A stretch of DNA of 64,000 bases from Klebsiella pneumoniae. GTDB taxonomy: Bacteria > Myxococcota_A > UBA9042. The notes beneath the pieces were generated by a model. It had not been told where the DNA came from and ran no database searches. It was given only the letters and a program-made list of their open reading frames with translations. Shown here in pieces: positions 17,865 through 28,054 of this stretch. The stretch is taken from assembly GCA_945889325.1 (NCBI GenBank), contig CAMDBH010000002.1, positions 39,242 to 103,241 of the forward strand. The letters are read 5' to 3'. The stretch's first letter is position 1. Each line of letters starts with the position of its first letter. A program made the translations under genes and the position numbers.

Positions 17865-20800
17865 ATGCCCCTGTGTCGCAGCATTGACGTATTTCCGACC
17901 GGCCCAATCGGCCGCTTAGCTGCGATTATGCTTGTGTTATTGGGCGCGGTGACCAGTGCTTGTACGGTCCAGATCAACAACCAGGCGGGCGCTGGCGCGG
18001 GCGATGTCTGCACCCCTAATCCTTGCCAAACCAAGGGCGTTTGTTCTGGCTACACAGGCACTTGCACCGTCGACGCCAAAGACAAAACCAAATACAGCTG
18101 CGGCACTTGGAAACCGGTCGACCCAAAGAACGCAGTCGCCACACCGCTTGGTTATGAAGCGAGCGAAACCAGTTGCGACGGAAAAGACAACGATTGCGAC
18201 GGATTAACCGATGAGACCTACGATGCATCCAAAGCGACCTGCCCGGCTTTGGGCGTGTGCGGCGGCGCTGCTAAAGCGGTAGCCGTGTGCATCGCTGGAA
18301 CTTTACAGTGTAATTTTTCGGTGGTGCCCGCCTATGAAGCTTCGGAGACTACTTGCGACGGCAAGGACAACGACTGCAACGGCCAAACCGATGAAATGAC
18401 GGAAGCGCCGTTCAAAACCTGCAGCCACGCAGGCGTTTGCGCTGGGGCGGCGGCACCTGTCTGCGCGGCGGCCGCGGATAAGCCCGATGAATTTAAATGG
18501 GAATGCGGTTTTGGCGCATTGCCTGACTATGAGGTCGCCGAAACCACGTGCGACGGCAAGGACAACGATTGCGACGGCATCGCGGACGCCAATTTGGTTG
18601 TGGCTGGCCTGACTTGTGCGGCAGAAGGTGCGTGCAGCGCGGGTGTTGCACAGGTGTGCAAGGGCGGCGTGGCCGTTTGCGATTACAGCCAAGTCGTCGA
18701 GTACCAGATTTTTGAAACGAAATGCGATGGAATCGACAATGATTGCGACGGATCGACCGACAATTTTGCCGGGTCCGGCCAAGCGCTCGTGAGCGCCGAC
18801 AATGCCAGTTGCTTGAGCGCGGGCGTGTGCGGGGTGGGCAAAAGCGCAATCGTCAAGGTGTGCAAGAACAAGGAATTTATTTGCGATTACGCGGCTGTAC
18901 CTTCACACGAAACCACAGAAACCACCTGCGATGGCAAGGACAACGACTGCGACGGTATTGCAGACAACATCAGCGTGAAACCCAACCCTTCGCCGTGCGG
19001 CACCCAGGGTGTTTGCAACGGCGGCAAAGTCAGCTGTGAAAGCGGGTTATGGACGTGTAACTACGGCGCACTTGGCGCGCAAGGCTATGAGGCATTTGAA
19101 CTAACCTGCGACGGCAAAGACAATGACTGCGACGGCAAGGTCGATGAAACGCTGGACCCGGCGGCCAACAAGTGCAAGACAACGGGCGCTTGCGGTTACG
19201 GCACGCTGGTCATGTGCGCCGCGAGCAAAGCCAGTTGCGATTACACACATGTGCTTGGATTCCAAGACGTAACTGAAACGCAATGCGATGGCATCGACAA
19301 CAATTGCGATGGCAAGACTGACGAGCCGGAATCGCTTGAAACCAGCAAAAGCGGTTGCACCAAAGGTGTTTGCGAAGGCAAGGTCAAGGTCAGTTGCAAA
19401 GTCGGCAAGTGGGATTGCGATTTTTCGGCGGTTAGCAAAGACGAGCTCAAGTACGAAGCCAAGGAAGCGACCTGCGACGGATTGGATAATGATTGCAATG
19501 GATTAACCGATGAAGGTTTGACCAATGTGATCTTGGCCAAATGCCCCAATGGCGGCGAGTGCAAGGCTGGCGTCACCGCGGCTTGCGCTGGTGGCAAATA
19601 CGTGTGCAATTTCGATGGGATACCGACACATCAAGCCGTTGAATCGCTGTGCGACGGTTTGGACAACGATTGCGACGGCAAGACGGACGTCGGTGCGTGC
19701 GGCGCGGGGTCGCCTTGTGCCAGCAACGACCAATGTGCCAGCAACAACTGCGTCAGCGTGTACGGCGGCAACGGCAATGCCTGCGCAAATAAAGCCAATC
19801 AATGCGCGTTCTTGACCGAGGACAAAAAGGTAACTGCGGTCGACGATGCCGGCACCACCTGCGCGTCAGGGACCCAAGTTTTGACTTGCGGCAAAAGCAA
19901 ATGGAGTGCCGCCGTGAGTTGTCCGCCCAATTTGCCAGCCTGCGTCGGTGGTGGTTGCGCGCTGTGCTTGGCCAACGCCACGACCTGTGACCCAGCCGAC
20001 AACACCAAAGTCGTGCAATGCGCTGCGGACGGAAAAAGCCAGAATGCGGTCAAAAGTTGCAGCGGCGGCCAGCATTGCGCGGGTGCTGGCGCTTGTGTGC
20101 CAGACGCTTTGTTCGCCGTCAGTGAAACCGCATCGGCCACAGCCGCTGTCGGCGTCAAGCTCGCAAGCGGTGGTTTTGCGGTGGCTTGGCTCAATGAAAG
20201 CGCCAAACCGATTGAAGTGCGCGTGCGGATTTTCCAAAACGACGGCACGCCCAAAGGCCCTAGCATTGCTGTACAAAAGACCTTTCCGGCCGCCGCCGGA
20301 TCGCGGTTGGCCATCGCCAACCTTGGGGCCGGCTTTGCACTGGCCTGGGTGACATCCAGCACGCTGGAACCCGGCGATATTGCGTTGCGCATGTTTGACG
20401 TCAACGGCGCGGGCATCGGCAACGGCGCGATCCTCAACGCGACGACGGCGGACGTGCAGAATCAGCCGGCGATAGGCAGCAACGGCACAAGCGCGGTGGT
20501 CGCATGGGCGTCCGATGGCGTGGACACCAGCGGCCGCGGCATCGTGGCCATGCGCATCGACGCCACCGGCGCCGTTGTGGGCACTGAGATCATCGCAAAC
20601 GTCGACGCTAGCAACTCGATCGATCCGACTGAGGACGACGATCAAGTTCAGCCGGCAGTGGCGGTCAAGCCCGATGGCAGTTTTGGCATCGTCTGGCAAC
20701 ACAGCGGCTCCGGGGCGACCAAGGATCGCATCCGCGGCCGAACGTTCAATGCCGATGGCACGACTGTGGGCATCGTGCAAACGATGAGCGCGATCAACGT

Positions 20801-21251
20801 CAATAACCGCCTGCCGACGTTGGCCTTTGGCAAAAGCGAATTCGTCGTCGCTTGGACGGCGTTTAGTTTGGACGGTGCCGGATCAGGGGTCGGCTTGCGT
20901 CATACCGACGGCGCGCTTAAGCCAAGCCCAGCTGCTGCCGTGGCGGCAAACACAATAACCAATGGCGATCAAGATGATACGTCGATAACCACCTTGCTCG
21001 ACGGCAATTATGTGTTGCTGTGGAAATCGCCGGGAGCGGTCAGCGCCGGCGACGGCACTGAGGTCGACGGCCGCGATATCGCCAACACGACCGGCTATGT
21101 CAGCGGTGAAAACATATTGACCAAGGGCAATTCACTCGGCGATCAGGACCAAGGACGCGTCATTGTTTTTGCCGATGGGCGCATCTTGTACCTCTGGCGT
21201 TTCAAAGCCAACGCGACCACGCCGACTGTGGTTCAAGGCCTGTTCCGGTAG
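17865..21251 (+). CDS. giant lipoprotein with ~13 MopE-type putative metal-binding repeats (ETxCDGxDNDCDGxTDE) and a C-terminal ~6-blade repeat (beta-propeller-like) domain
   Basis: SD aggag 7 nt upstream. Lipobox AVTSAC. Repeats CDGKDNDCDG/CDGIDNDCDG/CDGLDNDCNG… C-terminal periodic (VAW…DG…GI…R.F) units. Confidence 0.75.
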   Translation: MPLCRSIDVFPTGPIGRLAAIMLVLLGAVTSACTVQINNQAGAGAGDVCTPNPCQTKGVCSGYTGTCTVDAKDKTKYSCGTWKPVDPKNAVATPLGYEASETSCDGKDNDCDGLTDETYDASKATCPALGVCGGAAKAVAVCIAGTLQCNFSVVPAYEASETTCDGKDNDCNGQTDEMTEAPFKTCSHAGVCAGAAAPVCAAAADKPDEFKWECGFGALPDYEVAETTCDGKDNDCDGIADANLVVAGLTCAAEGACSAGVAQVCKGGVAVCDYSQVVEYQIFETKCDGIDNDCDGSTDNFAGSGQALVSADNASCLSAGVCGVGKSAIVKVCKNKEFICDYAAVPSHETTETTCDGKDNDCDGIADNISVKPNPSPCGTQGVCNGGKVSCESGLWTCNYGALGAQGYEAFELTCDGKDNDCDGKVDETLDPAANKCKTTGACGYGTLVMCAASKASCDYTHVLGFQDVTETQCDGIDNNCDGKTDEPESLETSKSGCTKGVCEGKVKVSCKVGKWDCDFSAVSKDELKYEAKEATCDGLDNDCNGLTDEGLTNVILAKCPNGGECKAGVTAACAGGKYVCNFDGIPTHQAVESLCDGLDNDCDGKTDVGACGAGSPCASNDQCASNNCVSVYGGNGNACANKANQCAFLTEDKKVTAVDDAGTTCASGTQVLTCGKSKWSAAVSCPPNLPACVGGGCALCLANATTCDPADNTKVVQCAADGKSQNAVKSCSGGQHCAGAGACVPDALFAVSETASATAAVGVKLASGGFAVAWLNESAKPIEVRVRIFQNDGTPKGPSIAVQKTFPAAAGSRLAIANLGAGFALAWVTSSTLEPGDIALRMFDVNGAGIGNGAILNATTADVQNQPAIGSNGTSAVVAWASDGVDTSGRGIVAMRIDATGAVVGTEIIANVDASNSIDPTEDDDQVQPAVAVKPDGSFGIVWQHSGSGATKDRIRGRTFNADGTTVGIVQTMSAINVNNRLPTLAFGKSEFVVAWTAFSLDGAGSGVGLRHTDGALKPSPAAAVAANTITNGDQDDTSITTLLDGNYVLLWKSPGAVSAGDGTEVDGRDIANTTGYVSGENILTKGNSLGDQDQGRVIVFADGRILYLWRFKANATTPTVVQGLFR

Positions 21252-21335
21252 CAGCGACTTTCTTGCTTCCTGCGGATTTTGTGCTGCAATGCCCGCGTCG
21301 TAGACCGTTTCGTCTGCGCCAACAAGGGCAAGAAC

Positions 21336-22859
21336 ATGTCATTCATTCCAGGTCCGGCCGAACGAGTCCCCGAAGCGCGTCCGCAGGTCGATTTCACCCA
21401 AGTGCGCCGTGTCCATTTGATCGGCATCGGTGGCTCAGCGATGGGCAATTTCGCGGGCATGCTGCAAGCAAAGGGCCTAGAAGTACGCGGGTCTGACATC
21501 ATGGTGTTTGATCCGATGCGGGCGCAGTTGCTCAAGTGGCAAATCCCTTTTGCCGAAGGTTGGGACGCGCAACACCTGGATTGGAATCCCGATCTTGTGA
21601 TCGTGGGCAACGTGGCGCGGCGCGACAACGTCGAATGCGAAGCGATGCGCCAAAAAAATCTGCCCTACTGTTCCTTTCCCGAGGGGCTTGGGCAATGGTT
21701 GCTGCAAGGGCGCATTCCGACAGTGATTGCCGGCACGCACGGCAAAACTTCGACGACGTCGCTGACGGCTTGGCTGTTGGAAAGTGCTGGCCTCAAGCCC
21801 GGTTTGCTTGTTGGCGGCGTGCCATTGAATTTGGGCACTTCATTTCGCTTGGGCGAAGGTGCGCCGTTTGTCGTTGAAGGCGACGAATACGACACGGCTT
21901 ATTACGACAAGCGCCCGAAATTTGTGCATTATCGCCCGCATCACGGCGTTTTGACCTCGTGTGAATTCGATCACGCGGACATTTACCCCGATTTTGCCGC
22001 CGTGCAACGGGCTTTTGCGCTATATGCAAGCCTATTTCCGCCCGATGGCCTGCTTGTCGCTTGGGGCGAGGATGACCGTGTAACTGCGGTGCTTGACGCG
22101 TGCAGAGGTCGGGTCGCGCGTTACGGTTTTGTCGGATCGCCGGATATCGACGTGCAAATCGATCTGCACTTTATTGAAGCCCGCGGTGCGACGTTTACGC
22201 TTATCAAAGGCCAAGGACCGTTCATCCACGACCGCGATCCGCTGCCTAGCTTTGCAGCGGGACAGGTCATCGGCCGCTTTGAATCGCCAATGGCTGGGCG
22301 CCACAACGTGCTCAACGCCGCTGCCGCACTGACGATTTGTCTGGATCTGGGCGCGACGGTCGGGCAGTTGCAAACGGCGATTCAGCAGTTCAAAGGCATC
22401 AAGAAGCGTCAGGAGTTGCGGGGAGAAGTCAATGGTATCGCGGTGATCGATGATTACGCGCATCATCCGACTGCCGTGCAGGTTACGATTGACGCCATTC
22501 GCGGACAGTGGCCCGGTCGACGGCTGTGGGCGCTGTTTGAGGCAGAGTCGAACACGTCGCGGCGCAAAGTTTTTGAAACCGTGTATCCGGACGTTTTTGC
22601 CGCGGCGGATCAAGTGGTTCTGTGTCAGCCTCTGCACAAAGAAGGCGACAAGCTCAAGCCGGAAGAAATCATGGACGCGCAGCTGGTTTGCGATGCGATT
22701 TGCGCAAAAGGTGTGTCGGCGCGCTTCATTCCGGCTGTGCCGGATATCGTCGCCTACGTTGCGCAGCAGGCGCGCGCGGGCGATGTCATTTTGGCCATGT
22801 CTGGCCGCGATTTTCAGGGCCTGCATGGCCAGTTGCTCGCCGCGCTGCAAAATCGCTGA
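21336..22859 (+). CDS. mpl: UDP-N-acetylmuramate:L-alanyl-gamma-D-glutamyl-meso-diaminopimelate ligase (murein peptide ligase)
   Basis: GIGGSAMGNFAGMLQAKGLEVRGSD; GTHGKTSTTSL; DEYDTAYYDKRPKFVHYRPHHGVLTSCEFDHADIY (Mpl-type). Confidence 0.8.
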   Translation: MSFIPGPAERVPEARPQVDFTQVRRVHLIGIGGSAMGNFAGMLQAKGLEVRGSDIMVFDPMRAQLLKWQIPFAEGWDAQHLDWNPDLVIVGNVARRDNVECEAMRQKNLPYCSFPEGLGQWLLQGRIPTVIAGTHGKTSTTSLTAWLLESAGLKPGLLVGGVPLNLGTSFRLGEGAPFVVEGDEYDTAYYDKRPKFVHYRPHHGVLTSCEFDHADIYPDFAAVQRAFALYASLFPPDGLLVAWGEDDRVTAVLDACRGRVARYGFVGSPDIDVQIDLHFIEARGATFTLIKGQGPFIHDRDPLPSFAAGQVIGRFESPMAGRHNVLNAAAALTICLDLGATVGQLQTAIQQFKGIKKRQELRGEVNGIAVIDDYAHHPTAVQVTIDAIRGQWPGRRLWALFEAESNTSRRKVFETVYPDVFAAADQVVLCQPLHKEGDKLKPEEIMDAQLVCDAICAKGVSARFIPAVPDIVAYVAQQARAGDVILAMSGRDFQGLHGQLLAALQNR

Positions 22860-22875
22860 AAACACCAAAAATCCT

Positions 22876-22905
22876 TTGACAACAAATCGCAAAATCGCGT
22901 ACAAT
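22876..22905 (+). promoter_or_regulatory. sigma70-type promoter of rpsA (TTGACA-18-TACAAT)
   Basis: ttgaca at 22876-22881, tacaat at 22900-22905, ~105 nt upstream of the rpsA ATG. Confidence 0.5.
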
Positions 22906-23012
22906 CTCGGCCCCTAATGGGACCGCGCCGATCTTGCGAACCTGTGAATATCTAAAACGTTTTGTGCCAAATCGGTAACGGACGTGCAAGCGGCGACAGC
23001 AAAAGGATTCAA

Positions 23013-24707
23013 ATGACAGAGAATTTCCAGACCGGTGCTTTTGACGACGATTTTGAAAAACAATTCCTCGAATGGGAAAAACAACAAAACGTCATCGAAG
23101 GCGAGATCGTGCGCGGCACGGTTTTGTCGGTCAACAAAGATTTCGTCATCGTCGACATTTCGTACAAGAGCGAAGGCCAGATTGCCGTTAGTGAATTCAC
23201 CGAACACGATGGCACTGTCAATGTCGCTCCCGGCGACGTGATCGATGTCTACGTTGAAAACCGTGAGAATGACAACGGTTTGGTCGAACTGTCCAAAGAG
23301 AAGGCCGATCGCCTCAAGATTTGGGACGAAATCGCCGAAGCCTGTGAAAATGAAGAACTTGTCGAAGGCATCATCACCGCGCGCGTCAAGGGCGGCTTGA
23401 CTGTCGACATCGGCGTCAAGGCGTTTTTGCCCGGCAGCCAAGTCGATTTGCGCCCCGTGCGCAACTTAGAGAAGTACATCGGCCAGCGTTTCCACTTCAA
23501 AGTCATCAAGTTCAACAAGAAGCGCGGCAACATCGTGCTCTCGCGGCGCGCGCTGCTGGAGAAACAACGCGAGGCCCTCAAAAGCCAGACGTTGGGCAAA
23601 CTGGAAGTCGGTATGGTTGTTGACGGTATCGTCAAGAATATCACCGAGTACGGTGCATTCATCGATCTCGGCGGCATTGACGGCTTGTTGCACATCACGG
23701 ACATGTCGTGGGCCCGCGTCAACCATCCTTCTGAAATGTTTGAGGTTGGCCAGGAAGTCAAAGTTCGCGTGCTCAAGTACGATGCCGATCGCGAGCGCGT
23801 CAGCTTGGGTCTGAAGCAAAACAGTGAAGATCCATGGCTTAACATCGATGCAAAGTTCCAAGTCGGCCAACGCGTCAAGGGCAAAGTCGTCAGTCTGACC
23901 GATTACGGCGCATTTATTGAGATGGATGCAGGCGTGGAAGGCCTGATTCACATTAGTGAAATGTCCTGGACCAAGCGCGTCAAGCACCCCTCCAAGGTGT
24001 TGAGCCTGGGCGACGAGATCGAGGCGCAAATCCTCGAAATCGATCCGCGGGCCAAACGCATTTCGCTCGGCATGAAGCAAATCGAGCAAAATCCGTGGGA
24101 TGTGATGTCCAACACGTATCCGATGAACAGCAAGGTCAAGGGCGTTGTGCGCAACATCACCAATTTCGGTATCTTTATCGGGATTGAAGATGGCATTGAC
24201 GGTCTGTGTCACGTGACGGATTTGTCGTGGTCGCACCGCGTCAAGCATCCGCAGGACATTTACAAGAAAGGCGATGAAGTCGAAGCGATTGTGCTGTCGA
24301 TCGATCCGGAAAAGGAGCGTTTCAGCCTCGGTATCAAGCAGATGATGCCCGATCCGTGGAATGAAATTCACAAGAAATATGCGCGTGGTTCAGTGCATGA
24401 AGGCAAGATCACCAAGCTGTTGGACTTTGGTGCGATCGTCGAACTGGACGAATTCATCGAGGGCTTCTTGCACATTTCTGAAATTGCAGAAGAAAAGATC
24501 GACAACATCCACAATGCCCTCAAAGAAGGCGACACGACCAAGGTCAAGGTGATTTCGATCATCGTCGATGAGCGCAAGCTCGGTCTGTCGATCAAGCGGG
24601 TCGGTCAGGATGACGAAGATTATTCTTACGACAACGCCACGGTCACGGGACCCACGACGATCGGCGATCTGGTGCGTGAGAAGTTTGGCAATATGAACTT
24701 GGGTTAA
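23013..24707 (+). CDS. rpsA: 30S ribosomal protein S1
   Basis: Six S1 domains; N-terminus [23 protein letters not shown]…[29 protein letters not shown]. Confidence 0.9.
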   Translation: MTENFQTGAFDDDFEKQFLEWEKQQNVIEGEIVRGTVLSVNKDFVIVDISYKSEGQIAVSEFTEHDGTVNVAPGDVIDVYVENRENDNGLVELSKEKADRLKIWDEIAEACENEELVEGIITARVKGGLTVDIGVKAFLPGSQVDLRPVRNLEKYIGQRFHFKVIKFNKKRGNIVLSRRALLEKQREALKSQTLGKLEVGMVVDGIVKNITEYGAFIDLGGIDGLLHITDMSWARVNHPSEMFEVGQEVKVRVLKYDADRERVSLGLKQNSEDPWLNIDAKFQVGQRVKGKVVSLTDYGAFIEMDAGVEGLIHISEMSWTKRVKHPSKVLSLGDEIEAQILEIDPRAKRISLGMKQIEQNPWDVMSNTYPMNSKVKGVVRNITNFGIFIGIEDGIDGLCHVTDLSWSHRVKHPQDIYKKGDEVEAIVLSIDPEKERFSLGIKQMMPDPWNEIHKKYARGSVHEGKITKLLDFGAIVELDEFIEGFLHISEIAEEKIDNIHNALKEGDTTKVKVISIIVDERKLGLSIKRVGQDDEDYSYDNATVTGPTTIGDLVREKFGNMNLG

Positions 24708-24727
24708 GTTCCCAAGGTTTCTAACGC

Positions 24728-24772
24728 AAACAAGCCCAGTCGATGGAAGTCGGCTGGGCTTGTTCGTTTTTG
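24728..24772 (+). terminator. rho-independent terminator after rpsA
   Basis: Stem aacaagcccagtcga / tcggctgggcttgtt followed by cgttttt, ~20 nt after the rpsA stop. Confidence 0.6.
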
Positions 24773-24828
24773 GTTGGCTCTCGCGACAGCTGGGGCGTTG
24801 GCGCTTTTGCCTCTGCCAATTCTGTCGA

Positions 24829-26985
24829 CTAAACCTTAGGTTTCTTCGCCTTGCGCGGTGGCGCATCGCCAGCCAGCGGCTTGGTCGCCTTGGGTGCCTT
24901 GAACCGCGATTCCACCGGTTGCGCGGCCGTCTGCGGCGCTGCGCCGGCTGACTGCGGCTGCGGGAAACCGGCTTCACTGTTTTTCCAGCGCGGCGGCGTC
25001 GGGCGATCTTCGGGCTGGGCCATGCCCAAAATGGGCCCAGTTGCCGACACGCGGATCTGCAGAAAACGCCCGCAGATCATGGCGCGTTTCATCCGCTCGA
25101 GCACTTGTGGCACAAACTGGACCGGCAATTGCACCAGACTGAAATTGTCGCTGATTTCAATGGTGCCCATCGCTTGACCAGGCACACCCGCTTCGTTGGC
25201 GATCGCGCCCACGATGTCCTGTGGCCGCACGCCGTTGCGCCGTCCGACGCCGAGCGACAGCCAAACGCGATCGCCGCCCTGCGGGCGTTCTTCGCGCATC
25301 GGCGGCCGTTCATCGCGCGATGGTCGGTGATCGTCGTAGATCTGCGGGCGCTCGTCTCGCATCTGCGGGCGCTCGTCTCGCATCTGCGGGCGTTCGTCGC
25401 GCATTTGCGGGCGTTCGTCGCGCGTTTGCGGGCGGTCGTCGCGCGCGCGCGCTTGTTCCTCGCGCATCGGATGGGCGCGCGAACGTTCCGCGGGTGGCGG
25501 TTGGGCGGGCAGGGATGGTTGCGGCGGCCGATTGGGCGCCAGCTTCGGCGGTCGCGGGTCGGCAGCGCGAGGCGCCGGTTTGAATTCCGGTCGTTGCTGT
25601 TGCGGCGCAAACAGATCCGCTCCCAAATCCGCCTGCAGCGGCCGATCGCCCCAAGCCAAGTTGGCCAATGCAGCGGCCACGTCCTCCATCGGCGTGCCTT
25701 CGCTCAAAAGCTTGTTCAATAGCGCGCGGTAAGGCCCCAGATCGTCGCGCAAAAGCGTTTTGGCGACAGCGGCTGAAAATCTAGTAATCCTGGACTCTTG
25801 CACGTCGCGCAGCGTGGGCAACGGCATTTGCGCGATCTTTTGGCCGGTGAAGCGTTCCAGATCGCGCAGTTTGCGCTGCTCGCGCGGCGTGACGAACAAG
25901 ACCGACTTGCCGCTGCGCCCGGCGCGACCGGTGCGGCCGATGCGATGGACGTAAACTTCGGATTCACCGGGTAAATCTGCGTTGACAACCAAATTGATCT
26001 TTTCCACATCCAAACCGCGCGCCGCGACGTCGGTTGCAACCACGATGCGCAACTGGCCGTTTTTCAAGCGCCTGATCACGCTTTGACGCGCCGACTGGGC
26101 CATGTCGCCGTGCATCGCTTCGCTCGCGAAACCACGGTTCTCAAGCATTTCCGCCAGTTCCGCACAACCCGAGCGAGTGCGCGCGAAAACCAGCACGGCG
26201 TCGATTTCTTCCACGGTGAGCAACCGAACCAAAGCTTCCAGCTTATGCTGCTGTTCTACAATGATAAAGCGCTGATCGACAGTCGCCACGGTCAGGGCGC
26301 GCCGCTCCACTTCAATCGTTTCCGGATCGCGCAAGTAGCGATGGGCAATGCGCGCGATTTCCGGCGGCATGGTTGCAGAAAACAACGCCATACGCCGAAC
26401 TGGCGGCATTTGCGAAAGAATTTGCTCCACATCGTCGACAAAACCCATGCGCAGCATTTCATCGGCTTCATCGAGCACCGCCATGCGCACTTTGTCTAAC
26501 TTGAGCGATCCACGGCTCAAATGGTCCAAAATGCGCCCAGGCGTGCCGACCACCACGCGGACTGTCCCTTCCAAACGCCGCAGTTGCCGCACGATCGGAT
26601 CGCCACCGAAAATCGCCAGCACACCGACTTGGCCCATGTGTCGCGCATATTCTTCAATATGTTCACAGACTTGTATCGCCAATTCCCGCGTCGGCGCCAA
26701 GATCAGCGCCTGTACGCTGCGATCATTCATATCCAGCAGTTGCAGAAGCGGCAGGGCGAAGGCGCCCGTTTTACCGGTACCCGTCTGCGCCTGACCCAGC
26801 ACATCGCGCCCGTTCAAAAGCGGCGGGATAGTGCGCATTTGGATCGGCGTCGGTGTGACATGGCCTAGGTCTTCAAGCGCGCGCAAAAGCGCCGGGGTTA
26901 GGCCCAAATCACTAAATGTTTGAGTAGGTTCAATCAGGTTGTCGTCATTGATCTGCGGGGTCTGCATCAATTTTTCCAAGGGCAT
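24829..26985 (-). CDS. deaD: DEAD-box ATP-dependent RNA helicase (DeaD/CsdA-like) with Arg/Pro-rich C-terminal tail containing DERPQMR heptad repeats
   Basis: Q-motif region (TFSDLGLTPALLRALEDLGHVTPTPIQ); AQTGTGKT; DEAD box (VLDEADEML); SAT; HRIGRTGRAG. C-terminus RDERPQMRDERPQMRDERPQ…. Confidence 0.85.
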   Translation of the reverse strand: MPLEKLMQTPQINDDNLIEPTQTFSDLGLTPALLRALEDLGHVTPTPIQMRTIPPLLNGRDVLGQAQTGTGKTGAFALPLLQLLDMNDRSVQALILAPTRELAIQVCEHIEEYARHMGQVGVLAIFGGDPIVRQLRRLEGTVRVVVGTPGRILDHLSRGSLKLDKVRMAVLDEADEMLRMGFVDDVEQILSQMPPVRRMALFSATMPPEIARIAHRYLRDPETIEVERRALTVATVDQRFIIVEQQHKLEALVRLLTVEEIDAVLVFARTRSGCAELAEMLENRGFASEAMHGDMAQSARQSVIRRLKNGQLRIVVATDVAARGLDVEKINLVVNADLPGESEVYVHRIGRTGRAGRSGKSVLFVTPREQRKLRDLERFTGQKIAQMPLPTLRDVQESRITRFSAAVAKTLLRDDLGPYRALLNKLLSEGTPMEDVAAALANLAWGDRPLQADLGADLFAPQQQRPEFKPAPRAADPRPPKLAPNRPPQPSLPAQPPPAERSRAHPMREEQARARDDRPQTRDERPQMRDERPQMRDERPQMRDERPQIYDDHRPSRDERPPMREERPQGGDRVWLSLGVGRRNGVRPQDIVGAIANEAGVPGQAMGTIEISDNFSLVQLPVQFVPQVLERMKRAMICGRFLQIRVSATGPILGMAQPEDRPTPPRWKNSEAGFPQPQSAGAAPQTAAQPVESRFKAPKATKPLAGDAPPRKAKKPKV
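25280..25450. repeat. tandem 21-bp repeats (5 good units plus degenerate flanking units) inside the helicase C-terminal coding region
   Basis: ctgcgggcgYtcgtcNcgcat repeated head-to-tail between ~25342 and 25446. Confidence 0.7.
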
Positions 26986-27124
26986 TCGCCGCGGGTCAGG
27001 TCGGCGCAAATCAGCTGCGTCGGCGCCGAAGTGCGGCGAGCGGGGCGACAGCTTAGCACACTTCAGGCCTTGCGTCCGGCAACCCCGCAGGAGTCGCATC
27101 TTGCGTGGACGATTCGCACTGCCG

Positions 27125-27838
27125 TCACTCCTCAGAAAGCGGAGCGCAATCCATACCTTGACTAGCGAGACAGCCACAAGCTACGTCGCCCGTGTTGCAC
27201 AAACCAAATGAGGACAGCGTGCCGTTTGCTTTGGGCAGAGTCGCATGAGCTACAAACGGTGTGGCCGCGTCGCCGTCGACAACGCGGGTGAAACTTGTGG
27301 CAGATCCAGTGGTTTGCTTTGGAAATGTCACATGGGCCCAGACCGTGCCGTCGCGGCCGCGAAATTCAAAATGGCCCCCGGCATCGGGTAGCTTCAGCAG
27401 GTGATCCAAGTGAATAACTGTTGTACCTTCATGCACCTGCAACGGTGAAGCTTGGGCGGCCGTCAGCACAATTAGGCTGCCCGCGCGCAAACACTCGCCG
27501 TCGATGATCGTGCCGTGGCGCTGCAGGCCGGCCCACAACTCGCCGCCGACCAAGCTCACAGGCGATGCATCGGCCGGAAGGGTTAGCTCGATCGCTTCGT
27601 CTAGCGCGTTGGATTCGCCATCGCCATCGACGTCGATGCCGCCTGGCCGCACCAAATATTCATTGATAATAAGCTCATACGGATTTGGTGCGCGACAAAG
27701 GCCGACGGCACCGGCGTCGTCCTTTGTCGCGCCGCCGTCGGCCTGTCCTGCAGCTGGCGGCGTTCTTGATCCGCCCAAGCAGGCATTCAACGTGAGCAAT
27801 AACAGCAAGAAATTCAAACGACCGATCGACTTTTTCAT
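27125..27838 (-). CDS. lipoprotein with Lamin Tail Domain (LTD)
   Basis: Lipobox LLLLTLNAC. LTD signature ELIINEYLVRPGGIDVDGDGESNALDEAIELT. Confidence 0.6.
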   Translation of the reverse strand: MKKSIGRLNFLLLLLTLNACLGGSRTPPAAGQADGGATKDDAGAVGLCRAPNPYELIINEYLVRPGGIDVDGDGESNALDEAIELTLPADASPVSLVGGELWAGLQRHGTIIDGECLRAGSLIVLTAAQASPLQVHEGTTVIHLDHLLKLPDAGGHFEFRGRDGTVWAHVTFPKQTTGSATSFTRVVDGDAATPFVAHATLPKANGTLSSFGLCNTGDVACGCLASQGMDCAPLSEE

Positions 27839-28054
27839 GCAACCCCCGATCCGCAAATTTGCGGCGTGCAGGAGTTGTCGGCAGGTCGGGCAGTTTTGCC
27901 GCACGAAAAAGCGATCTTTTTTTCAGCGGCTGAAAAAAAAATGCGGCGCCGTTAATTTTCAGTGGGTTAGATGAAGCAGATCCGTGGCAGTTGAGACTCA
28001 CGCTTGATCACAGGTCGATCGCGCATCGGACTCTGGGTCTCGGCGACAACGCCC

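Noticed and set aside
22032-22904. 290-aa minus-strand ORF antisense to mpl
   Set aside because: Lies entirely within the well-supported mpl coding region; typical GC-rich frame shadow with no recognisable motifs.
27905-27950. T7-cagcggctg-A9 inverted repeat as terminator
   Set aside because: The stem is almost entirely A:T with only a 4-bp GC core; too weak to call. It may be promoter-region curvature for the LTD lipoprotein gene.
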